NCBI GenBank assembly: GCA_050012715.1
Contig: JBEKGQ010000004.1
Coordinates: 1 to 42,058 of the forward strand
DNA: 42,058 bases
Direction of reading: 5' to 3'
Origin: Polyangiaceae bacterium
GTDB taxonomy: Bacteria; Myxococcota_A; Polyangia; Polyangiales; Polyangiaceae
Shown here one piece after another: positions 16,212 to 23,837 of the stretch (position 1 is the stretch's first letter; the number at the start of each line of letters is the position of its first letter). Under the pieces are notes generated by a model. The model was not told the DNA's origin. It saw only the letters and a list, made by a program, of their open reading frames with translations, and did no database searches. A program made the position numbers and the translations under genes.

Positions 16212-16870
16212 GGCTGCTTCACCGGCACCGGCTCGTCCTCGATCATGATGACCACGCTGGGCGGAGGCGCTCCCCCGCCGGCCGCGGCGGCCACCCCGCT
16301 GGCCGGGATCTCGAACACCGTGACGCCGTGCGCGGGTGAGTCGATCTCGTCGACCTCCACCCCCTGTCCCTGCGGAGGGGTCGCGGCCTGCGCCATCGCC
16401 GTCGTCGCCGCGACGGGCGGCTGGTCGGCGCTCGGCACGACCGTCGTCGGGATGACGGCGCTGGCGACGGGAGCGACCAGGTCGGTCCCTTCGCGGTCGT
16501 TGCGCATGTAGAGGAAGATGGTCGCCGCGAGCGCGAGGAAGCCCGCCATCGCCGCGACCTGGCCGCGCGTGATGCTCGACCGTCGCGACCGCGCGGCGGA
16601 GAGCCGCACGACCCCCTCGATGCCGGCGTCCTTCCGCGCGGCGTCGATCTTCGCCATGACCGCGTCGGCGATGCCGTCGGCGGCCGCGGTTCGCTCGTCC
16701 ATCCCTTCGGCCAGCCACACGCCGAGCGCCGGCGACCGCATCGCCTCGACCAGACGCCGCGCCTCGGGGCTCTCCGCCGCGAGCTTCTCTACGCGTGCGC
16801 GCGCCTCGCCGTCGAGCTCGCCGTCGGCGAACGCCATCAGCTCCGTCATCGTCTCCCGCGAGAGGCTCAT
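16208..16870 (-). CDS. Putative anti-sigma factor (single-pass membrane)
   Basis: The ATG overlaps the ECF sigma stop (ATGA). N-terminal ELMAFADGELDGEARARVEKLAAESPEARRLVEAM resembles anti-sigma N-terminal domains. TM segment VAAMAGFLALAATIFLYM. The position directly downstream of an ECF sigma gene supports the call. Confidence 0.7.
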   Translation of the reverse strand: MSLSRETMTELMAFADGELDGEARARVEKLAAESPEARRLVEAMRSPALGVWLAEGMDERTAAADGIADAVMAKIDAARKDAGIEGVVRLSAARSRRSSITRGQVAAMAGFLALAATIFLYMRNDREGTDLVAPVASAVIPTTVVPSADQPPVAATTAMAQAATPPQGQGVEVDEIDSPAHGVTVFEIPASGVAAAAGGGAPPPSVVIMIEDEPVPVKQP

Positions 16871-17649
16871 GGCGCGCTCCCCGGTTCGCTCGCCGGAGCG
16901 GGCACCTCGCCCGACGGACGCGCGCCGACCTGCTCCTTGTAGCAGTCGGCCAGCGCGCGCTGGAGCTTCTGACGTGCGTGGAACAGCCGGCTCATGATCG
17001 TGCCCTTCGACACACTCATGGCCTGAGCCATCTCCTCGTAGCTCAGGCCGTCGATCTCGCGCATCACGATGACCGCCCGGTGGTAGCTCGGAAGCGCGTC
17101 GAGCGCTGTCTGAAGTCTTGCGGCGATCTCGCGCCGACGCACGACGTCGACCGGGTCGGCGCCGTCCATGCGGCTGATGAAAGGCAATTCGAAGTCCGCC
17201 CCGTCGTCGACCTCGAGGCGGGCCTCTTCGAGATCGGTGGTCTGGCGGCCGGGTTTGCGAATGAGATCGATGCTGAGGTTCGTGATGATCCGATAGAGCC
17301 AGGTAAAGAAGCTGGAACTGCCCTGGAACCCTCCCAGGTTCTTGAAGACGCGGAGGAAGGCGTCTTGCACGAGCTCGCGTGCGTCGTTCTCGTCGCGCAC
17401 CAGGGAAAGCGCGATCGCGAATGCCCGGCGCTGGTGGCGCTCGACCAGTCGTCGAAATGCCCCCATGTCACCGGCCTGCGCCCTCGCGATAAGCGCACGG
17501 TCTTCCTCCGCTTCTCTTGCTCGGTCCTGCTTGGTGTTGGACGCCGCTGGCGCTGGGGTATTCACCGCGGGCACCGCAGGCGGGGGCGACGACGGCTGGG
17601 GGGGATTCTCCCCATCGGACGCGCGTCGAGCAGAGGGGCGGCCCGGCAC
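16867..17649 (-). CDS. ECF (RpoE-like) sigma-70 family RNA polymerase sigma factor
   Basis: Region 2: FRRLVERHQRRAFAIALSLVRDENDARELVQDAFLRVF...FFTWLYRIITNLSIDLIR. Region 4: LPSYHRAVIVMREIDGLSYEEMAQAMSVSKGTIMSRLFHARQKL. There is a ~50-aa Pro-rich N-terminal extension from GTG 17649, so the true start may be further downstream. Confidence 0.9.
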   Translation of the reverse strand: MPGRPSARRASDGENPPQPSSPPPAVPAVNTPAPAASNTKQDRAREAEEDRALIARAQAGDMGAFRRLVERHQRRAFAIALSLVRDENDARELVQDAFLRVFKNLGGFQGSSSFFTWLYRIITNLSIDLIRKPGRQTTDLEEARLEVDDGADFELPFISRMDGADPVDVVRRREIAARLQTALDALPSYHRAVIVMREIDGLSYEEMAQAMSVSKGTIMSRLFHARQKLQRALADCYKEQVGARPSGEVPAPASEPGSAP

Positions 17650-17677
17650 CGCCCTACGGTAATACGAGTCCAGCCCG

Positions 17678-18862
17678 CTAGCGAGGACCGGCCGCCGCAG
17701 CGGGCTGCTCCGGGAGCTGCCCGAGGGTCACCTTCTGGTCGAACTGCTTGCCTTCGCGCTGGACACGCACCGTCACGGTACGGCCGACCCCGGTCGTGCT
17801 CGCGAGCCACTGGAGCTTCGACGACCGGTCGATGGGCGTCCCTTCGAAGGCCACGACGATGTCCCCCGCCGTCAGGCCCGCCTTGTCGGCCGGCCCGCCG
17901 GGGGCGACGTAGTCGACCACGGCGCCGTTGACCGTGTCGCTCTCGGAGAGCCCCAAGGCCTGTCGCTCCTCCCGCGCGAGCTCCCGGGCGTCCTTGATCC
18001 GGATGCCGAGGGCGCTCCGCGTCAGGTGCCCGTCGCGCAGAAGGACGGGGAGGATGGCCTTTATCATGTTGATCGGAATGGCGAATCCGATGCCGCCGCC
18101 TTGGTGCATCGCCGAGTTCATCCCGACGACCTGCCCTCTGAGGTCGAGGAGCGGCCCTCCCGAATTGCCGGGGTTGATCGCGGCGTCCGTCTGGAGAAAG
18201 TCGTAGTAGCCGGCGGGATCCAGAGGGACCTCGTCCTTCGTCCGCCCCTTGGCGCTGATGATCCCGGCACTCACGGTGTGATTGAGGCCGAACGGGTTGC
18301 CGATCGCGACCACCCAGTCCCCGACGTCGATCGCGTCGGAGTCGCCCAGGACCAGCGGGTGCAGCTCCTTCGTATCGATGCGCACCACCGCGATGTCGGT
18401 CGGCGGATCGGTACCGACGACCTTGGCCGGGAAGGTTCGGTCGTCGGACAGCTTGACCTCGACGGTCTGCGAGTCGCGGACGACGTGGTTGTTGGTGAGG
18501 ATGATGCCCGACTTGTCGATGACGAAGCCCGTTCCGAGGCCCTGGGTCTGCGCGCGGCGGCGGCGGTGGGTGAAGGGGGAGATCTCCTCTTCCGTGCCCA
18601 CCGTCGTGATCGTCACGACGCTGGGATCGGCCATCCGCACGATGGGCGCGAAGCTCACCGGCTGCATCGAGACGGCGAGCGAGGCCGCGGGAGCCGCCGG
18701 CGTCGCCACCGTGGCGAGCGGAGCGGCCGTGGTCACCACCGGCGTCGCGCCAGGCGGCAAGGCCACGCCGCCATCGCCGCCCGCGGCGAGGCCGCGGTCA
18801 CACGCCGGCGTCGCGAAGGCGCTCAGGAAGCAAGCCGCCAGCGCACACCGCACCACGGTCAC
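17678..18862 (-). CDS. HtrA/DegP-family serine protease (trypsin-like domain plus one PDZ)
   Basis: GTGFVIDKSGIILTNNHVV (His), TDIAVVRI (Asp), GNSGGPLLD (Ser). PDZ: GAVVDYVAPGGPADKAGLTAGDIVVAFEGTPI. The N-terminal signal has Cys (SAFATPAC). The GTG start overlaps the upstream stop (GTGA). Confidence 0.9.
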   Translation of the reverse strand: MTVVRCALAACFLSAFATPACDRGLAAGGDGGVALPPGATPVVTTAAPLATVATPAAPAASLAVSMQPVSFAPIVRMADPSVVTITTVGTEEEISPFTHRRRRAQTQGLGTGFVIDKSGIILTNNHVVRDSQTVEVKLSDDRTFPAKVVGTDPPTDIAVVRIDTKELHPLVLGDSDAIDVGDWVVAIGNPFGLNHTVSAGIISAKGRTKDEVPLDPAGYYDFLQTDAAINPGNSGGPLLDLRGQVVGMNSAMHQGGGIGFAIPINMIKAILPVLLRDGHLTRSALGIRIKDARELAREERQALGLSESDTVNGAVVDYVAPGGPADKAGLTAGDIVVAFEGTPIDRSSKLQWLASTTGVGRTVTVRVQREGKQFDQKVTLGQLPEQPAAAAGPR

Positions 18863-19119
18863 TTGGACTTCTCGACGTAGCGCATCCGCAGGTCGAAGAG
18901 GATCTGCGCGAGCAAGCGCTCCTCATCGCCCGTCAGGTTGCCCTTCGTCTTCTCCTCGAGCATCGCGATGAGGTCGATCGTCTGCCGTGCGAGCAGCAGG
19001 TTCTTCTGCACGACACCGCCCGTGTCGGGGTCCGGCGCTTCGCCGAGGTGCATCAGCGCCGAGTGGCTGAGCGACAGGACGAACGTCGTGAACTCGACGG
19101 GGGGAAGGCTGTCTTCCAC
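18859..19119 (-). CDS. DUF1844-family small protein
   Basis: FTTFVLSLSHSALMHLGEAPDPDTGGVVQKNLLLARQTIDLIAMLEEKTKGNLTGDEERLLAQILFDLRMRYVE fits my recollection of the DUF1844 pattern. This was not checked by HMM. Confidence 0.7.
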   Translation of the reverse strand: MEDSLPPVEFTTFVLSLSHSALMHLGEAPDPDTGGVVQKNLLLARQTIDLIAMLEEKTKGNLTGDEERLLAQILFDLRMRYVEKSK

Positions 19120-19127
19120 GGTGCGGC

Positions 19128-19316
19128 TCAGTCGTCGCGGCCGCCGAGCGCGGGCTGCGGAACGTTGATGACCTCGGCCTGATCGGCCGCGTCGGGGAGG
19201 GACGCGAGGTGCTTCTCGATGTCCTTCTCGTCGAAGATGCCCTTGCCGACGTTGCGCTCACGGACGCGCACGTCCCACTCCCACGGATTGATGGTCTTCG
19301 TGTTGCCGGTCGCCAT
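19128..19316 (-). CDS. Small hypothetical protein (62 aa)
   Basis: ATG start and strong GC3 bias in frame, tightly spaced with neighbouring co-directional genes. I recognise no domain. Confidence 0.55.
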   Translation of the reverse strand: MATGNTKTINPWEWDVRVRERNVGKGIFDEKDIEKHLASLPDAADQAEVINVPQPALGGRDD

Positions 19317-19367
19317 GGTGCCTCGATCTTCTTGGAGATTCTCTTCTCGCCCGCGATTCCATTCTTC

Positions 19368-19931
19368 TTAGTTGAGCTTTCGCCCCAGCGCCACGGGCTC
19401 GTCGTGGTGGTGGTCGCAGTCCGGGCCGTGGACGTGCTCGTGCGCCTCGTCGAGGTCGGCCGCGGCGCTCTCCACCTCCGCGTCGGTCGCCTGGCGGACG
19501 TCGCGCACCTTGACCTTGTAGTGGAGCGTCATCCCGGCGAGCGGGTGGTTCGCGTCGACGACCACGACGTCGTCCTTCACCTCGACCACGTTCATCGCGA
19601 TCTCGTCGCCGTCGGGCGACTCGGCGATGAACTCGTCGCCCTCCTCGATGGCCTTCGGATCCGGAAACTCGCTCCGCTCGATCTCGAGCACGAGCGTCTC
19701 GTCGCGCTCGCCGTAGCCGGCCTCGGCGGGGACCACGACCTCGCGCTCGTCACCCGCGTGGAGGCCGACCAGGGCCGCCTCGAGGCCGGGCACCAGCATG
19801 CCGTAGCCGTGGACGTAGCGGATGGGCTCTCCGCCTTCGGCCGCGCTCGCGTCGAGGAGCTCCCCGTCGTCGCCCTTCAGCTCGTAGTCGAGGGTGACGT
19901 GAATGTTGGGCTGTATGGTGAGCTCGCTCAC
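19368..19931 (-). CDS. slyD: FKBP-type peptidyl-prolyl cis-trans isomerase, SlyD-like, with His/Cys/Asp-rich metal-binding tail
   Basis: VTLDYELKGDDGELLD...IRYVHGYGMLVPGLEAALVGLHAGDEREVVVPAEAGYGERD...VDANHPLAGMTLHYKVKVRDVRQATDAEV. Tail HEHVHGPDCDHHHDE. GTG start at 19931. The 770-aa track ORF is an artefactual extension. Confidence 0.8.
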   Translation of the reverse strand: MSELTIQPNIHVTLDYELKGDDGELLDASAAEGGEPIRYVHGYGMLVPGLEAALVGLHAGDEREVVVPAEAGYGERDETLVLEIERSEFPDPKAIEEGDEFIAESPDGDEIAMNVVEVKDDVVVVDANHPLAGMTLHYKVKVRDVRQATDAEVESAAADLDEAHEHVHGPDCDHHHDEPVALGRKLN

Positions 19932-19992
19932 GATGGGGCGAGGAGTAGCGCGAGAGGGGCGGTTCGTCGAGGGGCGGGCGGGACGCTGCTCG

Positions 19993-20223
19993 CTACCGCC
20001 GGCCTTCGAGGTCCATCCGGATGACGGCGAAGTAGACGATGGCCACGAGCGCGACGAGGACGCCGAGCTCCCACTGCGAGCCCTCCTCCTCGCGCAGCGT
20101 GACGCGCGCACCGAGCCCGATCGCGATGAGAACGACCGACGGGACGAGCGAGATGAAGAGCGTGCGCCCGGAGCGCGGCGGCTCCGGGAGCGTACGGGCC
20201 GACTCGCGGTACGGCGCGCCCAT
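19993..20223 (-). CDS. Small two-TM membrane protein (76 aa), hypothetical
   Basis: ATG start with near-uniform G/C at third codon positions. Two hydrophobic segments: LFISLVPSVVLIAIGLGA and LGVLVALVAIVYFAVI. Confidence 0.5.
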   Translation of the reverse strand: MGAPYRESARTLPEPPRSGRTLFISLVPSVVLIAIGLGARVTLREEEGSQWELGVLVALVAIVYFAVIRMDLEGRR

Positions 20224-20276
20224 GAGAGAATCGTAGCTCCTCGTGGCGCCGATGCACCTGATGATAGCGTGGGTTC

Positions 20277-20726
20277 ATGCGTCCTTCGGCTCTCCTCGTC
20301 GTCACCACCTGTGGCCTTCTCGTGACCGCTTGCCGGGGCAAGGTCGTCGCGACGGCCGAGCTCCACGGGCCCGGCACCGCCGACGCTCGCTTCACCGCGA
20401 CGGGAGCGCCTCTGGTTCTGTGGGCGGACACGGACGGGAAGTGGCACGGCGGGTCGAATTCGCGCTTCGCCGCCCACTACGAGATCGACGTGCTCGGCGG
20501 CTCGACCAAGGTCGGCCACATCTCGTGCGACACGAAGGACTCGTCGGAGTCGGTCTGCGGGACCAAGGTCTCGGAGGGCGACACGCACACCGGAGACTGC
20601 GAGCTGAAGCTCACCTGCGAGCTGCCCTCGATCCCCGCCGGGCCCGCCACGCTCCACGTCACGGGCTCGACCGGGCCCGGCACGTCCGACGTCAAGAAGA
20701 TGTCGGTCAACGTCCGGGACAAGTAG
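20277..20726 (+). CDS. Lipoprotein of unknown function (149 aa)
   Basis: Signal plus lipobox LLVVTTCGLLVTA-C. Six further Cys in the mature part. Coding-like GC3. Confidence 0.65.
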   Translation: MRPSALLVVTTCGLLVTACRGKVVATAELHGPGTADARFTATGAPLVLWADTDGKWHGGSNSRFAAHYEIDVLGGSTKVGHISCDTKDSSESVCGTKVSEGDTHTGDCELKLTCELPSIPAGPATLHVTGSTGPGTSDVKKMSVNVRDK

Positions 20727-20761
20727 AAGGTCGGCGTGCGGGTCCCGGCGCTCCGGCCCGC

Positions 20762-22747
20762 TCAGACCTCGTCCGGTAGCGCGATGTGCCCCGCGATGGC
20801 GCTCGCCGCGACGACGAGAGGGCTCGCCAGGTAGACCTTGCCCGGGCCGCTGCGACCGGGGAAGTTCCGGTTCTGGGCGCTGACGGTCACCTGATCGGGC
20901 GAGTCGCTCGAGCCCGGTCCCGCTTTGATGCACGCCCCGCACGACGGGTCGACGAGCTCGGCTCCGGCCTGCTCGAAGACCGCGAGGTAGCCCTGCTCCT
21001 CGGCGTAGCGGCGGATGTCCTGCGAGCCGAACTGCAGGTAGAAGTGCACGCCCGGCGCGACGCGCTTGCCCTTTTTCACCGCGTCGCCGAGGACGCGTGC
21101 GTACATGTCCATGTCGGCCTTCTTGCCGCCGGTGCACGAGCCGCCGTACGCGATGTCGATCTTCACCTCGCCGCCGAGCTTGTCGAAGGGGACGCCGTTG
21201 CGAGGATCGCCCGGCGTCGCGACCATCGGGGAGATCGCCGATAGGTCGATGCGGAACGTGGCGCAGTACGTCGCGCCCGGGTCGGCCTTCACGATACGCG
21301 CCCGCACGTCGTCCGCGCGCAGCCCGCGCTGCTTCACGAGGTAGTCGACCACGACGTCGTCCGCCTCGATGATGCCGGTGAAGCCACCCGCTTCGACCGC
21401 CATGTTGGTCAGCGTGGCGCGCTCGTCGAGGGGCAGATGCGCGATCCCTTCGCCGCCGAACTCGAGCACCTTGCCGATGCCGTCGCCGCCCTTGAAGAAG
21501 GGCTGGGCCAGGATGTGGAGCATCACGTCCTTCGCGCACACCCCCGGCCGCAGCTTCCCCGTCAGCTCGAAGTGCGCCGACTGCGGCACGGTGACCCGCA
21601 CGTCCCGCGTCATCCACGCGTTGGCCATGTCGGTCGACCCGACGCCGAACGCGAAGCACCCGAGCGCGCCGGCCATGCACGTGTGGCTGTCGGTGCCGAT
21701 GACGACTTGCCCGGGGAGCGCCAGCTCCTCGACCACCTTGTTGTGGCAGATGGCCTCCGAGCCCACGAGCTTCCCGTCGCGGTGCACCTCGCCGTACTCC
21801 TTGATGCCGGCGCGCTTCGCGAAGTCGCTCTGCACCGTGGCGAGCTTCCGCGCCTGCACGTCGAGGCCCATGTCCCGGTGAGCCTTCGGCATGATGAGGT
21901 CGAGGAAGGTCAGGTGATCACGGAAGGCGAAGACCGTCTCCGGCTCGGTCACCTTCGCCTCCGGGCCGCAGCCCTGGCGGAAGAGCGCCTCGGCCATCGG
22001 CGTCACGTACTCGTGCGAGAACCGCACGTCGCACCGCGCGAAGAACGCGTCCCCCGGTTGGACCGAAGGCACCCCGACGGCGCCCGAGCGAGCGTCGACG
22101 ATGGCGTGCTTCGCGAGGATCTTCTCGCAGAGCGTCATGGGCCGCGGCGGAGTGACGACGGCGGGCGGGCTGGTCGCCCCCGCGAGGCGCGCCTTGTTGT
22201 AGGCGAAGAGGCCTCCGTGCTCGACGATGGCGGCGCTGATCGGATCGAGCCCGCGCGTGAACTCGGAGACCGGGATGGCTTCGCCCGCGAGGATGCGCGG
22301 CACGAGCGAGAGATCCGTGCTCGTCAGGAGCCCGATGTTCTGGGCGTTCTGCCGGTAGATCTTCTCGATGCTCTTGGCCACGACGAGCTTGATGCCCGCC
22401 GCCACCTCGCTGTAGGGCGCCTGCTCCCGCGACGAGCCGCACCCTTTCGACGTACCGCTGACGACGACCGAGAAGCCTCCACCCTTCACCGCGTCGGGCT
22501 TCACCTTGCCGCCGCGGAGGCCGACGAGCGAATACCGGCCGAGCGTCTCGTCGTAGTAGTAACAGACCCATCCGGGCGTGATCTCGTCGGTCGAGATGCT
22601 GCCGATGAGGGGGCGGTCCGGGTCGAACGCGAGATCGACGGGACTCGTCGGCGCGAGCTGCGCCTCGAGCAGCGCGGGGTCCTCGGTCAGGAAGAGAACG
22701 CGGCCGGGGAAGGAGACGGTGCGAACGGTGGGTCCGGGGCTGGCCAT
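20762..22747 (-). CDS. Aconitase-superfamily dehydratase with permuted fusion: N-terminal swivel (LeuD-like) domain followed by catalytic (LeuC-like) domains
   Basis: Swivel: STDEITPGWVCYYYDE...VVVSGTSKGCGSSREQAPYSEVAAGIKLVVAKSIEKIYRQNAQNIGLL. Catalytic: IGTDSHTCMAGALGCFAFGVGSTD, GGSCTGGKKADM, SCGACIKAGPG, VSAQNRNFPGRSG (three Fe-S Cys contexts). The start is taken at ATG 22747 (MASPGP). The upstream ATG at 22768 adds 7 codons with poor GC3. Confidence 0.85.
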   Translation of the reverse strand: MASPGPTVRTVSFPGRVLFLTEDPALLEAQLAPTSPVDLAFDPDRPLIGSISTDEITPGWVCYYYDETLGRYSLVGLRGGKVKPDAVKGGGFSVVVSGTSKGCGSSREQAPYSEVAAGIKLVVAKSIEKIYRQNAQNIGLLTSTDLSLVPRILAGEAIPVSEFTRGLDPISAAIVEHGGLFAYNKARLAGATSPPAVVTPPRPMTLCEKILAKHAIVDARSGAVGVPSVQPGDAFFARCDVRFSHEYVTPMAEALFRQGCGPEAKVTEPETVFAFRDHLTFLDLIMPKAHRDMGLDVQARKLATVQSDFAKRAGIKEYGEVHRDGKLVGSEAICHNKVVEELALPGQVVIGTDSHTCMAGALGCFAFGVGSTDMANAWMTRDVRVTVPQSAHFELTGKLRPGVCAKDVMLHILAQPFFKGGDGIGKVLEFGGEGIAHLPLDERATLTNMAVEAGGFTGIIEADDVVVDYLVKQRGLRADDVRARIVKADPGATYCATFRIDLSAISPMVATPGDPRNGVPFDKLGGEVKIDIAYGGSCTGGKKADMDMYARVLGDAVKKGKRVAPGVHFYLQFGSQDIRRYAEEQGYLAVFEQAGAELVDPSCGACIKAGPGSSDSPDQVTVSAQNRNFPGRSGPGKVYLASPLVVAASAIAGHIALPDEV

Positions 22748-22794
22748 CACAGGACAGTCCATTACCATCGCCGGGCTACCCTTCCACGAGTCTC

Positions 22795-23706
22795 ATGCGC
22801 ATCGTCCTCGTCACCACGAGCTTTCCGGCCGACGAGGGCGACCCGTCGGGCCATTTCGTGCGCGCCGAGGCACGCGAGCTCGAGCGGCAGGGGCACGATG
22901 TGACGGTGCTCGCTCCGCCGGCGGGAGGGGCCTTCGGCTGGCCGGGAGTGGCGGCGCGCCTCCGGGAGCGCCCGACGAGGCTCGTCGACGCAGCACGCTG
23001 GGTGCTCGAAGCCCGGGGCCGACTGGCGCGGATCGAGGCGCAGCGCGTCGTGGCGCACTGGGCGGTGCCCTCCGCATGGCCGGTGGCGATGCGGTCGAAG
23101 GCCGAGCTGGAGGTCGTCTCCCACGGGGGCGACGTGCGCCTGCTCCTCGGGATGCCGAAGGTCGCGCGGGAACGACTCGCCGGCGCGATCGCCGACCGCG
23201 CCGCGAGCTGGCGGTTCGTCTCCGCGGGGCTCGAGGATTCGCTGCTCGAGTCCCTCGGCGACGACGCTCGCGCGCGGGTGGCGCGCGTGGCCGTCGTACG
23301 CGAGGCCTCCATCGAGATGCCGGACGTCGAACGAGCCGTCGCCCGAAAGAGGGCCGAGCTCGGGGGTGCGCGCGTCGCGCTCAGCGTGGGCCGGCTGGTG
23401 CGAAGCAAACGGGTCGACCGGGCGATCGAGCACGTCGCGCGCGCGCGGGACGTGGACGCGCTCGTCGTCGTGGGCGACGGCCCCGAGCGAGGGCGCCTCG
23501 AAGCGCTGGCGCGCGCGCGCGCCGTGGATGCGCGCTTCCTCGGGAGGCTGCCACGCGAGGAGACGCTGGCGTGGATCGGCGCCGCCACCGTGGTCCTCTT
23601 CGCCTCGGAGTCAGAGGGGTCGAGCACGGTGCTGCGAGAGGCCGCATCGATGGGGACGCGGGTGGTGATGACGACGCAGTCGGACCAGCCGCCGCCGTCC
23701 ACCTGA
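22795..23706 (+). CDS. Glycosyltransferase (GT-B fold, GT4-like), short form
   Basis: N-terminal MRIVLVTTSFPADEGDPSGHFVRAEARELERQGHDVTVLAP; C-terminal ...VGRLVRSKRVD...VVVGDGPERGRLEALA...FLGRLPREETLAWIGAATVVLFASESEGSSTVLREAASMG (E-x7-E-like). Confidence 0.7.
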   Translation: MRIVLVTTSFPADEGDPSGHFVRAEARELERQGHDVTVLAPPAGGAFGWPGVAARLRERPTRLVDAARWVLEARGRLARIEAQRVVAHWAVPSAWPVAMRSKAELEVVSHGGDVRLLLGMPKVARERLAGAIADRAASWRFVSAGLEDSLLESLGDDARARVARVAVVREASIEMPDVERAVARKRAELGGARVALSVGRLVRSKRVDRAIEHVARARDVDALVVVGDGPERGRLEALARARAVDARFLGRLPREETLAWIGAATVVLFASESEGSSTVLREAASMGTRVVMTTQSDQPPPST

Positions 23707-23837
23707 AACAGAACTTTCGTCCGGGCGCCCTCGAATCGCAGTCCCGGATACGTCGCCGCGCGCTTTTCCCGTGGCGGAGAGGGCCACTTGCCGGCCATGT
23801 ACTGCGTACCCCCGCCCTGCCCGAGGAGGAGATGGAA

